Positions 12,130 through 24,200 of a stretch of 64,000 bases of DNA are shown piece by piece. Each line of letters starts with the position of its first letter. The stretch's first letter is position 1. The notes beneath the pieces are model-generated. The model was not told the DNA's origin. It saw nothing but the letters and a program-made list of their open reading frames with translations, and made no database searches. This stretch comes from Eledone cirrhosa (taxonomy: Eukaryota): NCBI GenBank assembly GCA_964016885.1, contig OZ024744.1, forward strand, positions 40,424,001-40,488,000, in the 5' to 3' direction. Both the position numbers and the translations under genes were made by a program.

Positions 12130-15100
12130 TAGTTTCCATCAACCCAGCTTTATTTACAAAGCCTAGATTGACCCAAGGTAATGGTAGTTTCCATCAACCC
12201 AACTTTATTTAGAAAGCCTAGCTTGACCCAAGGTAATGGTAGTTTCCATCAACCCAGCTTTATTTACAAAGCCTACCTTGACCCGAGGTAATGGTAGTTT
12301 CCATCAACCCAGCTTTATTTACAATGTCTAGCTTGACTGAAGGTAATGGTAGTTTCCATCAACCCAGCTTTACTTACAAAGCCTAGCTTGACTCAAGGTA
12401 ATGGTAGTTTCCATCAACCCAGCTTTATTTACAAAGCCTTGCTTGACCCAAGGTAATGGTAGTTTCCATCAACCCAGCTTTATTTACAAAGCCTAGCTTG
12501 ACTCAAGGTAATGGTAGTTTCCATCAACCCAGCTTTATTTACAAAGCCTTGCTTGACCCAAGGTAATGGTAGTTTCCATTAACCCAGCTTTATTTACAAA
12601 GCCTAGCTTGACTCAAGGTAATGGTAGTTTCCATCAACCCAGCTTTATTTACAAAGCCTAGCTTGACTCAAGGTAATGGTAGTTTCCATCAACCCAGCTT
12701 TATTTACAGAGCCTAGCTTCACTGAAGGTAATGGTAGTTTCCATCAACCCAGCTTTATTTACAAAGCCTAGCTTGACCCAAAGGAATGGTAGTTTCCATC
12801 AACCCAGCTTTATTTACAAAGCCTAGCTTAATTCAAGGTAATGGTAGTTTCCATCAACCCAGCTTTATTTACAATGCCTAGCTTGACTCAAGATAATGGT
12901 AGTTTCCATCAACCCAGCTTTATTTACAAAGCCTAGCTTGACTCAAGGTAATGGTAGTTTCCATCAACCCAGCTTTATTTACAATGCCTTGCTTGACCCA
13001 AGGTAATGGTAGTTTCCATCAACCCAGCTTTATTTACAAAGCCTAGCTTGACTCAAGGTAATGGTAGTTTCCATCAACCCAGCTTTATTTACAAAGCCTA
13101 GCTTGACTCAAGGTAATGGTAGTTTCCATCAACCCAGCTTTATTTACAGAGCCTAGCTTCACTGAAGGTAATGGTAGTTTCCATCAACCCAGCTTTATTT
13201 ACAAAGCCTAGCTTGACCCAAAGGAATGGTAGTTTCCATCAACCCAGCTTTATTTACAAAGCCTAGCTTAATTCAAGGTAATGGTAGTTTCCATCAACCC
13301 AGCTTTATTTACAATGCCTAGCTTGACTCAAGATAATGGTAGTTTCCATCAACCCAGCTTTATTTACAAAGCCTAGCTTGACTCAAGGTAATGGTAGTTT
13401 CCATCAACCCAGCTCTATTTACAAAGCCTAGCTTGACTCAAGGTAATGGTAGTTTCCATCAACCCAGCTTTATTTACAGAGCCTAGCTTCACTGAAGGTA
13501 ATGGTAGTTTCCATGAACCCAGCTTTATTTACAAAGCCTAGCTTGACCCAAGGTAATGGTAGTTTCCATCAACCCAGCTTTATTTACAAAGCCTAGCTTA
13601 ATTCAAGGTAATGGTAGTTTCCATCAACCCAGCTTTATTTACAATGCCTAGCTTGACTCAAGATAATGGTAGTTTCCATCAACACAGCTTTATTTACAAA
13701 GCCTAGCTTGACTCAAGGTAATGGTAGTTTCCATCAACCCAGCTTTATTTACAAAGCCTAGCTTGACTCAAGGTAATGGTAGTTTCCATCAACCCAGCTT
13801 TATTTACAAAGCCTAGCTTGACTCAAGGTAATGGTAGTTTCAATAAACCAAGTTTTATTTACAATGTCTAGCTTGACTCAAGGTAATAGTAATTTCCATC
13901 AACCAAGTTTTATTTACAAAGCCTAGCTTGACTCAAGGTAAGGGTAGGTTCCATCAACCCAGCTTTATTTACAAAGCCTAGCTTGACTCACGGTAATGGT
14001 AGTTTCCATCAACCCAGCTTTATTTACAAAGCCTAGCTTGTCTCAACGTAATGGTAGTTTCCATCAACCCAGCTTTATTTACAAAGACTAGCTTGACTCA
14101 AGGTAATGGTAGTTTCCATCAACCAAGTTTTATTTACAATGTCTAGCTTGACTCAAGATAATGGTAGTTTCCATCAACCCAGCTTAATTTACAAAGCCTA
14201 GCTTGACCCAAGGTAATGGTAGTTTCGATCAACCCAGCTTTATTTCAAAGCCTAGCTTGACTCAAGGTAATGGTAGTTTACATCAACCCAGCTTTATTTA
14301 CAAAGCCTAGCTTGACCCGAGGTAATGATAGTTTCCATCAACCCAGCTTTATTTACAAAGCCTAGCTTGACTCAAGTTAATGGTAGTTTCCATCAACCCA
14401 GCTTTATTTACAAAGCCTAGCTTGACCCAAGGTAATGGTAGTTTCCATCAACCCAGGTTTATTTACAAAGCCTAGCATGACCCAAGGTAATGGTAGTTTC
14501 CATCAACCCAGCTTTATTTACAAAGCCTAGCTTGACTCAAGGTAATGGTAATTTCCATCAACCCAGCTTTATTTACAAAGCCTAGCTTGACCCAAGGTAA
14601 TGGTAGTTTCCATCAACCCAGCTTTATTTACAAAGCCTAGCTTGAACCACGGTAATGGTAGTTTCCATCAACCCAGCTTTATTTACAAAGCCTAGCTTGA
14701 CTCAAGGTAATGGTAGTTTCCATCAACCCAGCTTTATTTACAATGCCTAGCTTGAATCAAGGTAATGGTAGTTTCCATCAACCCAGCTTTATTTACAAAG
14801 CCTAGCTTCACCGAAGGTGATGGTAGTTTCCATCAACCCAGCATTATTTACAAAGCCTAGCTTGACTCAAGGTAATCGTAGTTTCCATCAACCCAGCTTT
14901 ATTTAGAAAGCCTAGCTTGACTCAAGGTAATGGTAGTTTCCATCAACGCAGCTTTATTTACAAAGCCTAACTTGACTCAAGTTAATGGTAGTTTCCATCA
15001 ACCCAGCTTTATTTACAAAGCCTAGCTTGACCCAAGGTAATGGTAGTTTCCATCAACCCAGCTTTATTTACAAAGCCTAGATTGACCCAAGGTAATGGTA

Positions 15101-18100
15101 GTTTCCATCAACCCAGCTTTATTTAGAAAGCCTAGCTTGACTCAAGGTAATGGTAGTTTCCATCAACCCAGCTTTATTTACAAAGCCTAGCTTGACTCAA
15201 GTTAATGGTAGTTTCCATCAACCCAGCTTTATTTACAAAGCCTAGCTTGACCCAAGGTAATGGTAGTTTCCATCAACCCAGCTTTATTTACAAAGCCTAG
15301 ATTGACCCAAGGTAATGGTAGTTTCCATCAACCCAACTTTATTTAGAAAGCCTAGCTTGACCCAAGGTAATGGTAGTTTCCATCAACCCAGCTTTATTTA
15401 CAAAGCCTAGCTTGACCCGAGGTAATGGTAGTTTCCATCAACCCAGCTTTATTTACAATGTCTAGCTTGACAGAAGGTAATGGTAGTTTCCATCAACCCA
15501 GCTTTATTTACAAAGCCTAGCTTGACTCAAGGTAATGGTAGTTTCCATCAACCCAGCTTTATTTACAAAGCCTTGCTTGACCCAAGGTAATGGTAGTTTC
15601 CATCAACCCAGCTTTATTTACAAAGCCTAGCTTGACTCAAGGTAATGGTAGTTTCCATCAACCCAGCTTTATTTACAAAGCCTTGCTTGACCCAAGGTAA
15701 TGGTAGTTTCCATCAACCCAGCTTTATTTACAAAGCCTAGCTTGACTCAAGGTAATGGTAGTTTCCATCAACCCAGCTTTATTTACAAAGCCTCGCTTGA
15801 CTCAAGGTAATGGTAGTTTCCATCAACCCAGCTTTATTTACAGAGCCTAGCTTCACTGAAGGTAATGGTAGTTTCCATCAACCCAGCTTTATTTACAAAG
15901 CCTAGCTTGACCCAAAGAAATGGCAGTTTCCATCAACCCAGCTTTATTTACAAAGCCTAGCTTAATTCAAGGTAATGGTAGTTTCCATCAACCCAGCTTT
16001 ATTTACAATGCCTAGCTTGACTCAAGATAATGGTAGTTTCCATCAACCCAGCTTTATTTACAAAGCCTAGCTTGACTCAAGGTAATGGTAGTTTCCATCA
16101 ACCCAGCTTTATTTACAAAGCCTTGCTTGACCCAAGGTAATGGTAGTTTCCATCAACCCAGCTTTATTTACAAAGCCTAGCTTGACTCAAGGTAATGGTA
16201 GTTTCCATCAACCCAGCTTTATTTACAAAGCCTAGCTTGACTCAAGGTAATGGTAGTTTCCATCAACCCAGCTTTATTTACAGAGCCTAGCTTCACTGAA
16301 GGTAATGGTAGTTTCCATCAACCCAGCTTTATTTACAAAGCCTAGCTTGACCCAAAGGAATGGTAGTTTCCATCAACCCAGCTTTATTTACAAAGCCTAG
16401 CTTAATTCAAGGTAATGGTAGTTTCCATCAACCCAGCTTTATTTACAATGCCTAGCTTGACTCAAGATAATGGTAGTTTCCATCAACCCAGCTTTATTTA
16501 CAAAGCCTAGCTTGACTCAAGGTAAGGGTAGTTTCCATCAACCCAGCTTTATTTACAAAGCCTAGCTTGACTCAAGGTAATGGTAGTTTCCATCAACCCA
16601 GCTTTATTTACAGAGCCTAGCTTCACTGAAGGTAATGGTAGTTTCCATCAACCCAGCTTTATTTACAAAGCCTAGCTTGACCCAAGGTAATGGTAGTTTC
16701 CATCAACACAGCTTTATTTACAAAGCCTAGCTTAATTCAAGGTAATGGTAGTTTCCATCAACCCAGCTTTATTTACAATGCCTAGCTTGACTCAAGATAA
16801 TGGTAGTTTCCATCAACCCAGCTTTATTTACAAAGCCTAGCTTGACTCAAGGTAATGGTAGTTTCCATCAACCCAGCTTTATTTACAAAGCCTAGCTTGA
16901 CTCAAGGTAATGGTAGTTTCCATCAACCCAGCTTTATTTACAAAGCCTAGCTTGACTCAAGGTAATGGTAGTTTCCATAAACCAAGTTTTATTTACAATG
17001 TCTAGCTTGACTCAAGGTAATAGTAATTTCCATCAACCAAGTTTTATTTACAAAGCCTAGCTTGACTCAAGGTAAGGGTAGGTTCCATCAACCCAGCTTT
17101 ATTTACAAAGCCTAGCTTGACTCGCGGTAATGGTAGTTTCCATCAACCCAGCTTTATTTACAAAGCCTAGCTTGTCTCAACGTAATGGTAGTTTCCATCA
17201 ACCCAGCTTTATTTACAAAGACTAGCTTGACTCAAGGTAATGGTAGTTTCCATCAACCAAGTTTTATTTACAATGTCTAGCTTGACTCAAGATAATGGTA
17301 GTTTCCATCAACCCAGCTTTATTTACAAAGCCTAGCTTGACCCAAGGTAATGGTAGTTTCGATCAACCCAGCTTTATTTACAAAGCCTAGCTTGACTCAA
17401 GGTAATGGTAGTTTACATCAACCCAGCTTTATTTACAAAGCCTAGCTTGACCCGAGGTAATGATAGTTTCCATCAACCCAGCTTTATTTACAAAGCCTAG
17501 CTTGACTCAAGTTAATGGTAGTTTCCATCAACCCAGCTTTATTTACAAAGCCTAGCTTGACCCAAGGTAATGGTAGTTTCCATCAACTCAGGTTTATTTA
17601 CAAAGCCTAGCATGACCCAAGGTAATGGTAGTTTCCATCAACCCAGCTTTATTTACAAAGCCTAGCTTGACTCAAGGTAATGGTAATTTCCATCAACCCA
17701 GCTTTATTTACAAAGCCTAGCTTGACCCAAGGTAATGGTAGTTTCCATCAACCCAGCTTTATTTACAAAGCCTAGCTTGAACCACGGTAATGGTAGTTTC
17801 CATCAACCCAGCTTTATTTACAAAGCCTAGCTTGACTCAAGGTAATGGTAGTTTCCATCAACCCAGCTTTATTTACAATGCCTAGCTTGAATCAAGGTAA
17901 TGGTAGTTTCCATCAACCCAGCTTTATTTACAAAGCCTAGCTTCACCGAAGGTGATGGTAGTTTCCATCAACCCAGCATTATTTACAAAGCCTAGCTTGA
18001 CTCAAGGTAATCGTAGTTTCCATCAACCCAGCTTTATTTACAAAGCCTAGCTTGACTGAAGGTAAGGGTAGGTTCCATCAACCCAGCTTTATTTACAAAG

Positions 18101-19660
18101 CCTAGCTTGACTCAAGGTAATGGTAGTTTCCATCAACCCAGCTTTATTTACAAAGCCTAGCTTGACTCAAGTTAATGGTAGTTTCCATCAACCCAGCTTT
18201 ATTTACAAAGCCTAGCTTGACCCAAGGTAATGGTAGTTTCCATCAACCCAGCTTTATTTACAAAGCCTAGATTGACCCAAGGTAATGGTAGTTTCCATCA
18301 ACCCAGCTTTATTTACAATGTCTAGCTTGACTCAAGGTAATGGTAGTTTCCATCAACCCAGCTTTATTTACAAAGCCTAGCTTGTCTGAAGGTAATGGTA
18401 GTTTCCATCAACCCAGCTTTATTTACAAAGCCTAGCTTGACCCAAAGGAATGGTAGTTTCCATCAACCCAGCTTTATTTACAAAGCCTAGCTTGACCCAA
18501 GGTAATGGTAGTTTCCATCAACCCAGCTTTATTTACAAAGCCTAGCTTAATTGAAGGTAATGGTAGTTTCCATCAACCCAGCTTTATTTACAATGCCTAG
18601 CTTGACTCAAGATAATGGTAGTTTCCATCAAACCAGCTTTATTTACAAAGCCTAGCTTGACTCAAGGTAATGGTAGTTTCCATCAACCCAGCTTTATTTA
18701 CAAAGCCTAGCTTGACTCAAGGTAATGGTAGTTTCCATCAACCCAGCTTTATTTACAAAGCCTAGCTTGACTCAAGGTAATGGTAGTTTCCATAAACCAA
18801 GTTTTATTTACAATGTCTAGCTTGACTCAAGGTAATAGTAATTTCCATCAACCAAGTTTTATTTACAAAGCCTAGCTTGACTCAAGGTAAGGGTAGGTTC
18901 CATCAACCCAGCTTTATTTACAAAGCCTAGCTTGACTCAAGGTAATGGTAGTTTCCATCAACCCAGCATTATTTACAAAGCCTAGCTTGTCTCAACGTAA
19001 TGGTAGTTTCCATCAACCCAGCTTTATTTACAAAGACTAGCTTGACTCAAGGTAATGGTAGTTTCCATCAACCAAGTTTTATTTACAATGTCTAGCTTGA
19101 CTCAAGATAATGGTAGTTTCCATCAACCCAGCTTTATTTACAAAGCCTAGCTTGACCCAAGGTAATGGTAGTTTCGATCAACCCAGCTTTATTTACAAAG
19201 CCTAGCTTGACTCAAGGTAATGGTAGTTTACATCAACCCAGCTTTATTTACAAAGCCTAGCTTGACCCGAGGTAATGATAGTTTCCATCAACCCAGCTTT
19301 ATTTACAAAGCCTAGCTTGACTCAAGTTAATGGTAGTTTCCATCAACCCAGCTTTATTTACAAAGCCTAGCTTGACCCAAGGTAATGGTAGTTTCCATCA
19401 ACCCAGGTTTATTTACAAAGCCTAGCATGACCCAAGGTAATGGTAGTTTCCATCAACCCAGCTTTATTTACAAAGCCTAGCTTGACTCAAGGTAATGGTA
19501 ATTTCCATCAACCCAGCTTTATTTACAAAGCCTAGCTTGACCCAAGGTAATGGTAGTTTCCATCAACCCAGCTTTATTTAGAAAGCCTAGCTTGAACCAA
19601 GGTAATGGTAGTTTCCATCAACCCAGCTTTATTTACAAAGCCTAGCTTGACTCAAGGTAA
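12130..19660 (+). repeat. Block ~12130-14890 repeated at ~15260-18030 (offset 3,134-3,135 = 57 monomers), partial third copy ~18480-19660
   Basis: ATTGACCCAAG at 12167/15301; GGTAATCGTA at 14871/18006; TCTCAACGTA at 14041, 17175 and 18990. Confidence 0.9.
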
Positions 19661-21289
19661 TGGTAGTTTCCATCAACCCAGCTTTATTTACAAAGCCTAG
19701 CTTGTCTCAAGGTAATGGTAGTTTCCATCAACCCAGCTTTATTTACAAAGTCTAGCTTGACTCAAGGTAATGGTAGTTTCCATCAACCAAGTTTTATTTA
19801 CAATGTCTAGCTTGACTCAAGGTAATGGTAGTTTCCATCAACCCAGCTTTATTTACAAAGCCTAGCTTGACTCAAGGTAATGGTAGTTTCCATCAACCCA
19901 GCTTTATTTACAAAGCCTAGCTTGACCCAAAGGAATGGTAGTTTCCATCAACCCAGCTTTATTTACAAAGCCTAGCTTGACCCAAGGTAATGGTAGTTTC
20001 CATCAACCCAGCTTTATTTACAAAGCCTAGCTTAATTCAAGGTAATGGTAGTTTCCATCAACCCAGCTTTATTTACAATGCCTAGCTTGACTCAAGATAA
20101 TGGTAGTTTCTATCAACCCAGCTTTATTTACAAAGCCTAGCTTGACTCAAGGTAATGGTAGTTTCCATCAACCCAGCTTTATTTACAAAGCCTAGCTTGA
20201 CTCAAGGTAATGGTAGTTTCCATAAACCAAGTTTTATTTACAATGTCTAGCTTGACTCAAGGTAATAGTAATTTCCATCAACCAAGTTTTATTTACAAAG
20301 CCTAGCTTGACTCAATGTAAGGATAGGTTCCATCAACCCAGCTTTATTTACAAAGCCTAGCTTGACTCCAGGTAATGGTAGTTTCCATCAACGTAGCTTT
20401 ATTTACAAAGCCTAGCTTGTCTCAAAGTAATGGTAGTTTCCATCAACCCAGCTTTATTTACAAATACTAGCTTGACTCAAGGTAATGGTAGTTTCATCAA
20501 CCAAGTTTTATTTACAATGTCTAGCTTGACTCAAGATAATGGTAGTTTCCATCAACCCAGCTTTATTTACAAAGCCTAGCTTGACCCAAGGTAATGGTAG
20601 TTTCGATCAACCCAGCTTTATATACAAAGCCTAGCTTGACCCGAGGTAATGGTAGTTTCCATCAACCCAGCTTTATTTACAAAGCCTAGCTTGACCCGAG
20701 GTAATGATAGTTTCCATCAACCAAGTTTTATTTACAATGTCTAGCTTGACTCAAGATAATGGTAGTTTCCATCAACCCAGCTTTATTTACAATGCCTTGC
20801 TTGACCCAAGGTAATGGTAGTTTCAATCAACCCAGGTTTATTTACAGAGCCTAGCTTGACTCAAGGTAATGGTAGTTTCCATCAACCCAGCTTTATTTAC
20901 AAAGCCTAGCTTGACCCAAGGTAATGGTAGTTTCTATCACCCCAGCTTTATTTACAATGCCTAGCATGACCCAAGGTAATGGTAGTTTCCATCAACCCAG
21001 CTTTATTTACAAAGCCTAGCTTGACTCAAGGTAATGGTAGTTTCCATCAACCCAGCTTTATTTACAAAGCCTAGCTTGAGCGAGGTAATGGTAATTTCCA
21101 TCAACCCAGCTTTATTTACAAAGTCTAGCTTGACTCAAGATAATGGTAGTTTCCATCAACCCAGCTTTATTTACAAAGCCTAGCTTGACCCAAGGTAATG
21201 GTAGTTTCCATCAACCCAGCTTTATTTACAAAGCCTAGCTTGACCCAAGGTAATGGTAGTTTCCATCAACGCAGCTTTATTTACAAAGC

Positions 21290-24200
21290 CTAGCTTGACT
21301 CAAGGTAATGGTAGTTTCCATCAACCCAGCTTTATTTACAAAGCCTAGCTTGACTCAAGGTAATGGTAGTTTCCATCAACCCAGCTTTATTTACAAAGAC
21401 TAGCTTGACCCAAGGTAATGGTAGTTTCCATCAACCCAGCTTTATTTACAAAGCCTAGCTTGACTCAAGGTAATGGTAGTTTCCATCAACCCAGCTTTAT
21501 TTACAAAGACTAGCTTGACCCAAGTTAATGGTAGTTTCCATCAACCCAGCTTTATTTACAAAGCCTAGCTTGACTCAAGGTAATGGTAGTTTCCATCAAC
21601 CCAGCTTTATTTACAAAGACTAGCTTGACCCAAGGTAATGGTAGTTTCCATCAACCCAGCTTTATTTACAAAGCCTAGCTTGACCCAAGGTAATGGTAGT
21701 TTCCATCAACCCAGCTTTATTTACAAAGCCTAGCTTGACCCAAGGTAATGGTAGTTTCCATCAACGCAGCTTTATTTACAAAGCCTAGCTTGACTCAAGG
21801 TAATGGTAGTTTCCATCAACCCAGCTTTATTTACAAAGCCTAGCTTGACTCAAGGTAATGGTAGTTTCCATCAACCCAGCTTTATTTACAAAGACTAGCT
21901 TGACCCAAGGTAATGGTAGTTTCCATCAACCCAGCTTTATTTACAAAGCCTAGCTTGACTCAAGGTAATGGTAGTTTCCATCAACCCAGCTTTATTTACA
22001 AAGACTAGCTTGACCCAAGTTAATGGTAGTTTCCATCAACCCAGCTTTATTTACAAAGCCTAGCTTGACTCAAGGTAATGGTAGTTTCCATCAACCCAGC
22101 TTTATTTACAAAGACTAGCTTGACCCAAGGTAATGGTAGTTTCCATCAACCCAGCTTTATTTACAAAGCCTAGCTTGACACAAGGTAATGGCATTTTCCA
22201 TCAACCCAGCTTTATTTACAAAGCCTATCGTGACTCAAGGTAATGGTAGTTTCCATCAACCCAGCTTTATTTACAAAGCCTAGCTTGACTCAAGGTAATG
22301 GTAGTTTCCATCAGCCCAGCTTTATTTACAAAGTCTAGCTTGTCTGAAGGTAATGGTAGTTTCCATCAACCCAGCTTTATTTACAAAGCCTAGCTTGACT
22401 CAAGGTAATGGTAGTTTCCATCAATCCAGCTTTATTTACAAAGCCTAGCTTGACCCAAGGTAATGGTAGTTTCCATCAACTGAGCTTTATTTAAAAAGAC
22501 TAGTGTGACTCAATGTAATGATAGTTTCCATCAACCCAGCTTTATTTACAAAGCATAGCTTGACCCAAGATAATGGTAGTTTCCATCAACCCAGCTTTAT
22601 TTGCAAAGCCCTGCTTGACTCAAGGTAATGGTAGTTTGCATCAACCCAGCTTTATTTACAAAGCCTAGCTTGACCCAAAGGAATGGTAGTTTCCATCAAC
22701 CCAGCTTTATTTACAAAGCCTAGCTTGACTCAAGGTAATGGTAGTTTCCATCAATCCAGCTTTATTTACAAAGCCTAGCTTGACTCAAGTTAATGGTAGT
22801 TTCCATCAACCCAGCTTATTTACAAAGCCTAGCTTGACCCAAGGTAATGGTAGTTTCCATCAACCCAGCTTTATTTACAAAGCCTAGCTTGACTCAAGAT
22901 AATGGTAGTTTCCATCAACCGAGCTTTATTTACAAAGCCTAGCTTGACTCAAGGTAATGGTAGTTTCCATCAACCCAGCTTTATTTACAAAGCCTAGCTT
23001 CACCGAAGGTGATGGTAGTTTCCATCAACCCAGCATTATTTACAAAGCCTAGCTTGACTCAAAGTAATCGTAGTTTCCATCAACCCAGCTTTATTTACAA
23101 AGCCTAGCTTGACTCAAGGTAATGGTAGTTTCCATCAACCCAGCTTTATTTACAAAGCCTAGCTTGTCTCAAGGTAATGGTAGTTTCCATCAACCCAGCT
23201 TTATTTACAAAGTCTAGCTTGACTCAAGGTAATGGTAGTTTCCATCAACCAAGTTTTATTTACAATGTCTAGCTTGACTCAAGGTAATGGTAGTTTCCAT
23301 CAACCCAGCTTTATTTACAAAGCCTAGCTTGACTCAAGGTAATGGTAGTTTCCATCAACCCAGCTTTATTTACAAAGCCTAGCTTGACCCAAAGGAATGG
23401 TAGTTTCCATCAACCCAGCTTTATTTACAAAGCCTAGCTTGACCCAAGGTAATGGTAGTTTCCATCAACCCAGCTTTATTTACAAAGCCTAGCTTAATTC
23501 AAGGTAATGGTAGTTTCCATCAACCCAGCTTTATTTACAATGCCTAGCTTGACTCAAGATAATGGTAGTTTCCATCAACCCAGCTTTATTTACAAAGCCT
23601 AGCTTGACTCAAGGTAATGGTAGTTTCCATCAACCCAGCTTTATTTACAAAGCCTAGCTTGACTCAAGATAATGGTAGTTTCCATAAACCAAGTTTTATT
23701 TACAATGTCTAGCTTGACTCAAGGTAATAGTAATTTCCATCAACCAAGTTTTATTTACAAAGCCTAGCTTGACTCAATGTAAGGATAGGTTCCATCAACC
23801 CAGCTTTATTTACAAAGCCTAGCTTGACCCAAGGTAATGGTAATTTCCATCAACCCAGCTTTATTTACAAAGCCTAGCTTGAACCAAGGTAATGGTAGTT
23901 TCCATCAACCCAGCTTTATTTACAAAGCCTAGCTTGACCCAAGGTAATGGTAGTTTCCATGAACCCAGCTTTATTTACAAAGCCTAGCTTGAGCGAGGTA
24001 ATGGTAGTTTCCATCAACCCAGCTTTATTTACAAAGCCTAGCTTGAACCAAGGTAATGGTAGTTTCCATCAACCCAGCTTTATTTACAAAGCCTAGCTTG
24101 ACCCAAGGTAATGGTAGTTTCCATCAACCCAGCTTTATTTACAAAGCCTAACTTGACCCGAGGTAATGATAGTTTCCATCAACCCAGCTTTATTTACAAA

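Noticed and set aside
8345-14250. Singleton 1-bp deletions at ~8350 and ~14245 as biological markers
   Set aside because: They are not shared with a paralogous copy (the 14245 deletion is absent at ~17380) and could be sequencing or consensus errors.
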